DNA from: Elusimicrobiota bacterium
Lineage (GTDB): Bacteria > Elusimicrobiota > Elusimicrobia > UBA1565 > UBA9628
DNA: 64,000 nucleotides
Reading direction: 5' to 3'
Assembly: GCA_003151975.1 (NCBI GenBank)
Contig: PLZD01000010.1
Span: forward strand, 201,261-265,260
The notes beneath the pieces are model-generated. The model searched no databases, had not been told where the DNA came from, and worked only from the letters and a program-made list of their open reading frames with translations. Numbering within the stretch: position 1 is the first letter of the stretch; every line of letters starts with the position of its first letter. This document shows, in pieces, positions 17,296 through 25,688 of this stretch. Both the position numbers and the translations under genes were made by a program.

Positions 17296-17949
17296 TCAGC
17301 GGCTCGTCGTCACACCGCGCCGCGCGCAAAACTTCGCGAGCTTGCAGCGGCTGCACCAGGGCGAGACCGGCGCGCAGAGGTTTTGGCCGTAAGGGACGAG
17401 CAGGTCGTTGTAGATGATCCAGTATTTTTTTGGAAGCTTTTTTCTGAGGACGGTCTCCGTCTCATCGGGCGTCTTCGTACGAACGAATCCCCAGCGGTTT
17501 GAGATGCGGTGCACGTGGATGTCGACGCAGATGCCGGGCTTGCGGAAGCCCAGAGTCACCACGAGGTTGGCCGTCTTGCGGCCGACGCCCTGGAGCGTCA
17601 GCAGTTCGTCTATGGAATCCGGAACGCGGCCGCCGTAGCGCTCGAGCAGGTCTTTGGCGATGGACTTGAGCGAGCGGGCTTTGACCCGGTAGAAGCAGAC
17701 CGGATAGATCGCTTTCTCAATCGCCCTCAAATCGAGCTTGAGCAGAGCCTTTGGGTTTCGCGCTAGTTTGAATAGCCGCGCGGAGGCCTCGGCCGTGACC
17801 TTGTCCTTCGTGCGCAGGCTTAAGACCGTCGACACGAGGATCAGAAACGGATCGCGCTGCCGCGCCACGACGCCGACGACGGGCTCCTGCCAGCGTTTGA
17901 TCTCGCGCTTAAGGATGGCGACGGCTGCGTGGATCTGCGCGTCTTTCAC
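17296..17949 (-). CDS. nth: endonuclease III (DNA glycosylase/AP lyase)
   Basis: HhH-GPD core (LQGVGRKTANLV) and the C-terminal 4Fe-4S motif CX6CX2CX5C. GTG start overlapping the upstream stop (GTGA). Confidence 0.8.
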   Translation of the reverse strand: MKDAQIHAAVAILKREIKRWQEPVVGVVARQRDPFLILVSTVLSLRTKDKVTAEASARLFKLARNPKALLKLDLRAIEKAIYPVCFYRVKARSLKSIAKDLLERYGGRVPDSIDELLTLQGVGRKTANLVVTLGFRKPGICVDIHVHRISNRWGFVRTKTPDETETVLRKKLPKKYWIIYNDLLVPYGQNLCAPVSPWCSRCKLAKFCARRGVTTSR

Positions 17950-18565
17950 GCGGGTTTGCGGCGTTTCCAAAAGAAAAATGCGCCGACGCCGATGAGCACG
18001 GCGGCGCCCGCGGCCCAACGGCCCCAATGGCCGCCGCTCGAGGGCTGGTCGTAGCCGCCTTTGGTCAGCCAGCCGAGGTAGCCGAGCATCATGTAGCGCA
18101 GCACCGAGCCGAGGAAGCTCCACAGCACGAAGGAGACCGCGTTCATGCGCATGATGCCGGCCGCCGCCGAGACGACCGAGATCGGGAACAGCGGCAGCGC
18201 GCGCGTTCCCAGCACCGCGACCTCGACTTGGCCCTCGAGCTTGGAATTGATCTTGATCACGCTGTCCCAAGTCACGCCGAAATATTTTCCGTAGCGGTCG
18301 ATGGCCTTCTTGCCGCCCCAGTAGCAAAGAAAGAAAAGTCCCAGCGCGCCGATCGCCGTGCCCGCGGCGCCCGGAATGGCGACGCGCGCGAGCATCGGCA
18401 GAAACGCCGCCTTCCACGGCATATCCTGCGGGATCAGGAAGGCGCCGGCCATCATGACGAAGGGCGGCGTCGGGATCGGCACGAGGATCGCCTCGATTAT
18501 GCAGGCGGCAAAGACGGCGCCCGTGCCGTAATGCTGCAGCCAGGCCACGCTCGGTCCGCTCATGG
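17946..18565 (-). CDS. DedA/VTT-domain membrane protein
   Basis: Multi-TM protein with a DedA-like G...P..GAG core. Start taken at the internal Met (MSGPSVAW). Confidence 0.55.
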
Positions 18566-19618
18566 CGCCGCTTGCAGAACGCGGATGCGCGCTGATTCTG
18601 CGCGCGCGGAGATCGCGGCGAGCTGCTCGCGCTGGTGGTCGTAGCGCGACATCAGCAGAAATCCATAGACCGGCACCCACGCGCGCGCTTCCTCGCGCAG
18701 GTACATCGCGTCAGACAATCGCGAGAGCCGCGCGATGAGGGCGGTCAGCGCGTCCGCCCGGGCCTTGATATTGGGGATCGGCTTTCGTGAAAGAACGCGC
18801 GAATCGATGTCGGCCTCGATGGCGAGATGATCGGAGTACGCCAGCTGCGTGCCGGGGATGAGGCCCGCAAACGCGGTCTTCGCCGAGGCGAAGCGCCCGG
18901 GTCCGCGCGCGGCGAGCACGTGATCGATGCGCGCCTGGTCCTCCGCGTTGGTGATCCCGCAGGCGTCCTTGCCGTGGTCAAGGCAGGCGTCGTCGAGGCC
19001 GAGCAGATCGACGAGGAATTTGTAGCCGGGATCACCCGGCGCCGTGTTGAGATCGCCGAGGATGACGAAGGGCCGGCCGGCGGAATTCTCGAGCACCATT
19101 TCGGCGAGCTCGAAGAGCTGGGTCCAGCGCAAGGTCGTGAAGCTCGCGTCGGGATAGGCGGCGACGGGATGCGCGGTGTAGACGTCGAGCGGGCCCTTGG
19201 GCGTTTCGACGCGGACCATCAGCGCGCCTTTGTTGGCCATCGGCTCGCCCGTCATCCAGCGCAGCGCCGACGGGCGGCAGGTGAACTCGCGCTGAGCCGT
19301 CGCTATGATCGGATAGCGCGACATGACGACCAGGCCCGTTCCGATGCCCCAGCGCGTCGCGTAGCGCCGGGAGTAAGGCAGGCCCGAGGCGGAGATCATT
19401 TTCTGGGCATCCTCGTCGCTCCACGCTTCTTGGACCGCGATGAGGTCGTAGCCGCCTTCTTTAAGCTTGGCTCCGATCGCGTCGCGCTTGGCGGGCCAGT
19501 CCGGCGTCACGACGGGAATTCCGTTGACGTTGTAGGTCAGCGCTTTCAACAGATGCGCGGCTTTCGCGGGCTGAGCGCAGAGGAGGACTAAGATGAGAAA
19601 GCGCGTCACGGTTTCCAG
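18560..19618 (-). CDS. secreted endonuclease/exonuclease/phosphatase (EEP) family protein
   Basis: Signal peptide. LKALTYNVNG...LIAVQE...ILGDLN...SDHLAIE are EEP catalytic motifs. Start at GTG (VTRFLIL) preferred over the long ORF. Confidence 0.6.
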   Translation of the reverse strand: METVTRFLILVLLCAQPAKAAHLLKALTYNVNGIPVVTPDWPAKRDAIGAKLKEGGYDLIAVQEAWSDEDAQKMISASGLPYSRRYATRWGIGTGLVVMSRYPIIATAQREFTCRPSALRWMTGEPMANKGALMVRVETPKGPLDVYTAHPVAAYPDASFTTLRWTQLFELAEMVLENSAGRPFVILGDLNTAPGDPGYKFLVDLLGLDDACLDHGKDACGITNAEDQARIDHVLAARGPGRFASAKTAFAGLIPGTQLAYSDHLAIEADIDSRVLSRKPIPNIKARADALTALIARLSRLSDAMYLREEARAWVPVYGFLLMSRYDHQREQLAAISARAESARIRVLQAAP

Positions 19619-20142
19619 TCGACGCGGCGCAGGCGCTCGATGATGAAATAGCTGACGGGCACGCGCGGACCCAGCGCGAGGTACGCCTTGCCGAGCAGTA
19701 TGTCGGGATTTTTCTCGTCGGGCTGGACGAGGTAATCGCGCAAGACGCGCTCGGGCTGCCAGGCCGCGTTGCGGGGGCTTGCGCCGTAGTCGAGCAGCAG
19801 GGCGCCGGGATAAAAATTGTCGGCCGAGTCCGCGCGTACCGGCGCGACGGTATAAAAACCGAAGCGCTTGGGCGCCTCGGGCGAGGGCTTCTGTATCCAT
19901 TCGCCGTCGAGCCCGGTTTGCTTGGGCGGAATGTTGTAGCCTTCCACCATAACGTCTGATTTAAAAAATCCCTTGATGAACTGCCGGATGCCGACGGCCG
20001 AGCAGTACCACGGCGTGTTCCAGCCGCGCCATTCCCAGCCATGTAATGAATCCAAAGCAGGGGCTTGTGACCCGCGCAGGATTTTCTCGAGCTCCGACTG
20101 CGAGAGTCCGGCCAGCGCCTTGAAGCGAGGGCTCGCGGGCAT
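19606..20142 (-). CDS. hypothetical protein (possibly GXWXG/DUF4334-like)
   Basis: 178-aa ORF translationally coupled to the GMC oxidoreductase stop. No firm motif. Confidence 0.35.
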   Translation of the reverse strand: MPASPRFKALAGLSQSELEKILRGSQAPALDSLHGWEWRGWNTPWYCSAVGIRQFIKGFFKSDVMVEGYNIPPKQTGLDGEWIQKPSPEAPKRFGFYTVAPVRADSADNFYPGALLLDYGASPRNAAWQPERVLRDYLVQPDEKNPDILLGKAYLALGPRVPVSYFIIERLRRVDWKP

Positions 20143-21695
20143 CAGAGCCTGGCCTCCGAGATGCGGCGCGCGGCGAGCATCGCGATACCCATGATCGTGT
20201 GCTGAGGGTTGACGCCGGTGTTCGTCGGAAAAATCGACGAGTCGACGACGAAGAGATTCTTCGAGCCATGCACGGCGAAATCGGGGCCGACGACGCCATC
20301 AGACCGGCGCAGCGACATGCGCGCCGTGCCAAAAAGATGCGACAGGATCATCGAGTAGGAGCGCGAGTCGGCGGGGGCCGTCTCGAGCATCCATTCTTGC
20401 CCGGGCAGAATCTTCTCCGGTAATCCGTGGATGCCCGGCCAGACTTCCTTGGCGCCGGCCGCAAAAAACAGCTCGGCCGTGAAGCGCAGGCCGCGGCGCA
20501 GCTGGACGAGGTCGCGCGGCGTGAGGCTGAATTGGATGTCCGTGCCGAAGAAGCGCTCGCGCACCGAGCCGTGCGCCCAGGCGCGCATCTGCACCGCCCA
20601 GATGGCGGCATTGGGCGTCTCGAGCATCGCGCGCATCCAGCGCCGGCCAGCGCCCGGCAAACGCGCGAAGACGATCTCGGGCTGAAGCGCGATGGTCTCG
20701 ATCTTGAAGCGTCCGTCCTGGCGATGATGGTCGGCGTCGTAGCCTTGCGTCGCGCCGCGCCACATGACGACTTTGTTCGGAAAAATTCCGGTCATGGCGC
20801 AGCCGGGATGCGCTTGGAAGTGCTCGCCCAAGTGCGGCGAGTCCACGCCGCTGCGCGCCAGCAGGCCCGGCGTCTGGATGGCGGAGGCCGCGACGATGAC
20901 GGCCTTGCGCGCGCGCGCGCGAAAACGCGGCCGGCCGGGCGATTCGAAAGCGCCGGCCACTCCGACGGCGCGGTCGCCTTCCCAAAGGATCTCGCGCGCC
21001 TTGGCGCTCGTGATGAGCGTCGCGCCTTTTTTCTCGGCGTAAGGAAGATAGGTGACCAGCATGCTCTGCTTGGCGGAAGTCGGACAGCCGGTCAGGCAGC
21101 GCGCGCTGGCTTGGCAATCCTTGACGTTGCGGCGGATCGCCTCGGCCGAGACGCCGAGCTTTTTCTTGGCGACGTCCATGAGCCGGTTGAATTCTCCCCA
21201 TACCGCCGGGGGAGTGCGGGCGACGGAGAGCTCGCGCTCGATGAGGTCCCAATTCTTGTGCAGTTCCGCCAGCGGCAGCGCGTCGCCAAGCCCGTGCTCG
21301 TCGCGCCAGGGCTGCCACACGTCGTCGGGCAGCCGCCAGACGATCGCCGAGTTGATGACCGTCGAGCCGCCGAGACAGCGTCCTTGGATCACTGGGATGA
21401 AAGCCCGGCCGCGGGCGACTTGCGAGCCTTGGTCGCGGAACATCCTCTTGAAAGTGGGAAAAATCTCGTTGCGAAATTCCTTCGGATCGATCGCGGGTCC
21501 TTCTTCTATCACCGCGACCGAGCGCCCTGTGTCGGAGAGCATCCGCGCCGCCGTAGCACCCGCGGCGCCCGAGCCGACGATGACGTAGTCGAAAGCTTCG
21601 TCCTTGAAAGCGCCCGGCTTGGAGCCGTCGATTCTCACGGGGTCATTCCCAGCGTCCGGCGTACCTGCGGGTGCGCGCCGTAATGAAACGAGCAC
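20142..21695 (-). CDS. GMC-family FAD-dependent oxidoreductase
   Basis: DYVIVGSGAAGATAARMLS Rossmann FAD motif and a GMC C-terminal signature (GTARMS...VVDSSIFPTNTGVNPQHTIMGIA). The real start may be an internal GTG. Confidence 0.75.
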   Translation of the reverse strand: MLVSLRRAPAGTPDAGNDPVRIDGSKPGAFKDEAFDYVIVGSGAAGATAARMLSDTGRSVAVIEEGPAIDPKEFRNEIFPTFKRMFRDQGSQVARGRAFIPVIQGRCLGGSTVINSAIVWRLPDDVWQPWRDEHGLGDALPLAELHKNWDLIERELSVARTPPAVWGEFNRLMDVAKKKLGVSAEAIRRNVKDCQASARCLTGCPTSAKQSMLVTYLPYAEKKGATLITSAKAREILWEGDRAVGVAGAFESPGRPRFRARARKAVIVAASAIQTPGLLARSGVDSPHLGEHFQAHPGCAMTGIFPNKVVMWRGATQGYDADHHRQDGRFKIETIALQPEIVFARLPGAGRRWMRAMLETPNAAIWAVQMRAWAHGSVRERFFGTDIQFSLTPRDLVQLRRGLRFTAELFFAAGAKEVWPGIHGLPEKILPGQEWMLETAPADSRSYSMILSHLFGTARMSLRRSDGVVGPDFAVHGSKNLFVVDSSIFPTNTGVNPQHTIMGIAMLAARRISEARL

Positions 21696-22040
21696 ACGGC
21701 TTTGAGCAGGAGCAGAAGTTGGCGAACGAGGTAAAAGCGCGACTTGCCCATGGCCTCCAGCGCGCGCTCGCGCTCCTCGCGCGGCAGGCGCGAGAGCGGC
21801 GGCAGGCGGCAGATCAGCATCGGCGAGAGCCAGGCTGACGCCCAGAGCGCCGCCTTGAAGCTCAGCCGCATCGGCAGCAGAGCGGAGCGCTCGAAGTCCG
21901 CGTAAAATTCGTCGAAGCCCGACTCAAAAGCGCCGGGAAGCCCGGGGTCAACGCCCGCGGGAAGCAAAGCGTCGATGACGGCGCGCTGGCGCGGGTTCAG
22001 CACTCCGGGACTGCGCTCCCGCGGCGCGCGAACACGAGCA
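21635..22040 (-). CDS. gluconate 2-dehydrogenase subunit-3-like small partner protein (boundaries uncertain)
   Basis: LNPRQRAVIDALLPAGVD resembles the family that accompanies GMC dehydrogenases. Overlaps an alternative-frame ORF, so the start is unclear. Confidence 0.3.
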
Positions 22041-22347
22041 TCGCCCCGACCGTGGCCACGTCGAAGAGCGAAACGGCCAGAAACGCCGGGTAGCGCGTCT
22101 TCGCGAAGATCGCCAAAAACCCGAGCGACGAGTAAGCTTTGAGAAATGCGATCGGCAGCAGCGCCGGCAAGAATCTCGGCAGGTCCCAAAGCAGGAGCGC
22201 GCAGGTGAAGGCCAAAGTCAGCGCGTTGCCCGTCGCGAATTGCGAGATCCCGCGCGCCGGGGCCCAGAAGTAGACCAGCGCCGGGAAAATGAAATTGGCC
22301 GCCATGAGGGCGTAGGCGACCCTGAAATGCTTGAGTTCGCGCGGCAC
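21997..22347 (-). CDS. small hypothetical membrane protein
   Basis: 116 aa with 3-4 hydrophobic helices. Conflicts with the 5' end of the long ORF 21635-22189. Confidence 0.3.
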   Translation of the reverse strand: MPRELKHFRVAYALMAANFIFPALVYFWAPARGISQFATGNALTLAFTCALLLWDLPRFLPALLPIAFLKAYSSLGFLAIFAKTRYPAFLAVSLFDVATVGAMLVFARRGSAVPEC

Positions 22348-22409
22348 GCGCCTATTCTAAGATATTTCCGTCTGAAAAATGGTAGCTTGGGCTCATCCTG
22401 GAGGAAACC

Positions 22410-23426
22410 ATGAAGCGCCTCATGAAATCGACCTGGACCCTTCTGACGCTCGGACTTTTGCTCATCGCCGTCGACCTCAGCATGCGCGCCGGGGGGGCCT
22501 CGGCCGCCGAGAACGATGCCGCCAAGACCGGCGAATCGGACTTCAAGGAGCTCACTGAGCGCGTGCGCGGCTTGTTCAAGAGCGCCTCTGAAAAGCGCAT
22601 CGAGGCGCACCAGGAAAACGAGCGCGTCAAGAAGGACCTGCGCTACATCTCCGAGGAGCTCGACCGCGAGACCCTGGGCGACGAGGAGAACAAGCCGCTC
22701 TCGGAATACTCCGCCGGGGCTTTGGCGCGGCTGTCAGCCTTGCGCAAGACCGGCAACATCGATCCCAAGCTCGCCAAGGTCATGGACCAGCTCGAGAAAA
22801 TTTACCGCGAACTGCCCCAGAAGACCTGGGCCAAGGATTTCGCCGGCGACCTGGTGCGTTCCGTCAACGACGAACTGCGCTGGGACGCCGACAATACTCA
22901 GACGGCCGACGAGGCGATCGCGCTTCTCAAGGCCAACCTCGACTTGCCCAAGGCGCTGCCCGGCGACGCCGACGTCGAGGACATGGCGTTTCTGCCGGTC
23001 GATGTTCCTTTGGAGAAGTGGAAGAAGCTCGGGCCGATCCGCGTCTTCTTGTCGAAGCACCGCTTGAAGCGTCCGAAGAATTACGCGCAGACGACCGCGC
23101 TGGACCTCATCGGCGGCAAGCACAACGTCGGCGTGGGCGTCGTGCTCGAGGGCAAGGTGGATTCCGCCCAGTTGTTCTTCTGGGACCAGGACTACTGCTT
23201 CAACATCGGCAACCTGCACCTCGAGATCACGCCCGAGTGGCGCTTGCTGCATCCGAAGCTGAAGATGCCCAAGGCCGGCGACCGCATCCGCTTGAAGGGC
23301 TGGACTTACTTCGACTACTTCCACGGCAGCGAGATCGAGTACGATCCCGCCGATCCCGTCGTGGGCATCAACCGCGTGACGGTGTGGGAAGTCCACCCCG
23401 TGCAAGACATAGAGTACCTGCCTTAG
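22410..23426 (+). CDS. secreted hypothetical protein
   Basis: Signal peptide and a GGAGGA RBS. Coiled N-terminal half and a beta-rich C-terminal domain. Confidence 0.55.
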   Translation: MKRLMKSTWTLLTLGLLLIAVDLSMRAGGASAAENDAAKTGESDFKELTERVRGLFKSASEKRIEAHQENERVKKDLRYISEELDRETLGDEENKPLSEYSAGALARLSALRKTGNIDPKLAKVMDQLEKIYRELPQKTWAKDFAGDLVRSVNDELRWDADNTQTADEAIALLKANLDLPKALPGDADVEDMAFLPVDVPLEKWKKLGPIRVFLSKHRLKRPKNYAQTTALDLIGGKHNVGVGVVLEGKVDSAQLFFWDQDYCFNIGNLHLEITPEWRLLHPKLKMPKAGDRIRLKGWTYFDYFHGSEIEYDPADPVVGINRVTVWEVHPVQDIEYLP

Positions 23427-23430
23427 CGTC

Positions 23431-24506
23431 TCACGCCGGGACGATCTTGCCGAGGATGCGCGGGCCCTGGCTTCCGGTGGCGCGGGGGGAATTGTTGGTG
23501 CGGCCCTCGATCGCACGCCAGCCCAGCCACGCGAAGCACGCCGCCTCCTTGGCCATGACCGGCAGGCCGTAAGCCGCCGTCGTCACGACGCGCGCGGGCT
23601 TGACCGCGTTGGCGAGCTGGCGCATGAGCACCGGGTTCAACGCGCCGCCGCCGCTGACGACGACTTCCTTGACGGGCTCCTTGATCGAGTGCGCGATCGA
23701 GCGCGCCGTAAATAACGCGAGCGTCGCGAGGACATCGGGCAGGCGCTGCGTCGTGACGCGGCCGAAGTTCTTCTTTAAAAACGCCTCGCCGAAGAAAGTC
23801 CGTTCGAGCGATTTCGGCGCTTTGCGCGAGAAATAGGGATGCTCGAGCATGCGCTCGACTTTTTTGAGATCGGCCCAGCCGCGCGCGGCCAACGCACCGT
23901 TCTCGTCCATATGTCGGCGGCCCTTGGTCGCCAAGCGCACGGCCAGGTCCATGAGCCCGTTGCCGGGACCCGTGTCGAACGCGGTTTTTATTTTACCGCC
24001 GTGGATGATCGAGACGTTGGCAATGCCGCCGATATTGAGAATCGCGCGCGCGGGACCCGAGCCGAACAGAAATTCGTCGAAGGCGGGAACGAGCGGCGCG
24101 CCCTGGCCGCCGGCCGCCATGTCGCGCGGCCGAAAATCCGCGACAACGGCAACGCCCGTGCGCTCGGCGATGACGCTGGGCTCGCCGAGCTGGAGCGTGT
24201 TCGCGGGAACTTCGTCGGGGCCGTGCCAGATCGTCTGGCCGTGCGAGCCGATAACAAACGGCCTCGTTCCTTTGGAAATTTTGAGCGCGGCTTGCGCAAA
24301 GGCTTCGCCGAGTTCGAAGTTGAGCCGCGAAAGTTCGCCGGCTTTGAGTTTCGTCGCGCCGAGCACGCGCTTTCGGAGCGCGGACGAGTACGGGTAAGTG
24401 CGAAAGCGCAGGACCTTGAGCTTGCGGCCATCGAACCGGACGAGCGCCGCCGTGATTCCGTCGGCCGAAGTGCCCGACATGAGCCCGACCGCGAGAGTCT
24501 TCACCG
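23431..24506 (-). CDS. anmK: anhydro-N-acetylmuramic acid kinase
   Basis: GLMSGTSADGI N-terminal motif and AnmK-like length. GTG start preferred. Confidence 0.75.
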
Positions 24507-24558
24507 GCAAAGAGTATACCCTTGGCCGCGAAGTGTCAAGGAGTGGTAGAATCGACCC

Positions 24559-24867
24559 ATGGAAGAGGAGCCGCCTCCGCTCGTGGAGCCGACGCCGCCG
24601 TTGCTGCGCTGGGCCGCGCACGTTCTCTATTTGCCGCTGATCGGCGGGCTCGGCTACATGGTCCTGCTCGGCTTGCTGGTTCTAGCGCACGGCAAGCCCG
24701 CGGGATCCTTCGCCCTCATGTACGGCGTCATGCTGTTCTTCATCGGCCGGCGTTACGCGCGCATCTACAACGGCGAGCTCGCCGGCAAGCAGTTGTGGAA
24801 GGATGTGGCGGCGCTCGCTGTGATCGACTTTATGCTGGCCGTACTTTGGATCGAGCGCGTTTCCTGA
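24559..24867 (+). CDS. small hypothetical membrane protein
   Basis: 102 aa with 3 TM helices. Confidence 0.3.
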   Translation: MEEEPPPLVEPTPPLLRWAAHVLYLPLIGGLGYMVLLGLLVLAHGKPAGSFALMYGVMLFFIGRRYARIYNGELAGKQLWKDVAALAVIDFMLAVLWIERVS

Positions 24868-24871
24868 ACCC

Positions 24872-25099
24872 TCAGTTGAAAAGGATTCCGATGACACAGG
24901 CGATAACGCCGGTGAGCATCAAGAAGATTCCCCCGGTAGAAAGCAATCCTCTTGGGCCCAGTCCGAAATCGTGAAAGCCTTTTCCATTTGATCGGTCCCG
25001 GAATTTGTTAAAGAGCCAGCCGCCGAGCGTCGTCATAATGACGCCTGCTCCTGCGAAAATCAGCGTCAACATCCAGTCTCTGTGATGCTCGTTATACAT
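24872..25099 (-). CDS. small hypothetical 2-TM membrane protein (75 aa) in a lower-GC patch
   Basis: Two hydrophobic helices. A palindrome lies in its upstream region. Confidence 0.35.
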   Translation of the reverse strand: MYNEHHRDWMLTLIFAGAGVIMTTLGGWLFNKFRDRSNGKGFHDFGLGPRGLLSTGGIFLMLTGVIACVIGILFN

Positions 25100-25131
25100 G
25101 ACGGACCTGAAAGCTCGACTTCAATCTACGG

Positions 25132-25148
25132 ATTCCGACAGTCGGAAT
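25132..25148. promoter_or_regulatory. 17-bp perfect palindrome ATTCCGACaGTCGGAAT (candidate operator)
   Basis: 8-bp arms with a 1-nt spacer, ~35 nt upstream of the ATG of the 24872-25099 gene. Confidence 0.4.
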
Positions 25149-25190
25149 AAGTATGCATCAACGAACATCCCGGAGACTTAGTTGTAGCGG

Positions 25191-25664
25191 CTAACGCAGA
25201 AAAAAGGGCAACCAGAATGCCATGCCGCAGACAATCACGCCGCAGATGAGCAAGGCGTAGCCCGCCAGACCCACGATCGCGTCGAAGGTCCCGCCGAGGC
25301 CTTCGTCAATGGCCGTTCTCGGTTTGTGCTCAATTTTTTTGACTATGCGCCAGCCGCCCACGGCGGCCGCGGCACCGGCGATGACGAGGCCCACCGAACC
25401 CAAAATTCCGAGATGGGGTTTCGAACTTACCCCGGTCCACAATGCAGGTTCGCGCCGAGCCCATGAAAGAACCGTTAGGCCAAATCCAATGCAGACCGGC
25501 CCCAAGAAAATGAGGAAGCCGCCGAGCCGCTGGCCAAGCGTGCGCTCGTCATTCGCACCATCGAGATTTCTTTTCTTAAGCCGGACGCCCACCGCGAGCA
25601 GCATGACCCCGCCGCAGATGAGAAGCGCGGCGACCAGTGTTGACGAGCCGTTATTTTGATCCAT
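25191..25664 (-). CDS. hypothetical 4-TM membrane protein
   Basis: 157 aa, hydrophobic helices. Confidence 0.4.
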   Translation of the reverse strand: MDQNNGSSTLVAALLICGGVMLLAVGVRLKKRNLDGANDERTLGQRLGGFLIFLGPVCIGFGLTVLSWARREPALWTGVSSKPHLGILGSVGLVIAGAAAAVGGWRIVKKIEHKPRTAIDEGLGGTFDAIVGLAGYALLICGVIVCGMAFWLPFFLR

Positions 25665-25688
25665 GCGAGGGCTGAAAGATGATAAGAA

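Noticed and set aside
17296-18417. Long 373-aa version of the nth ORF and 446-aa version of the EEP ORF (18560-19900)
   Set aside because: The upstream extensions overlap neighbouring genes in other frames and are Arg-rich. GTG/ATG starts that restore a signal peptide or canonical N-terminus were preferred.
20299-21683. 339-aa (minus) and 418-aa (plus) ORFs
   Set aside because: Off-frame or antisense to the GMC oxidoreductase, which carries the FAD Rossmann motif and GMC signature.
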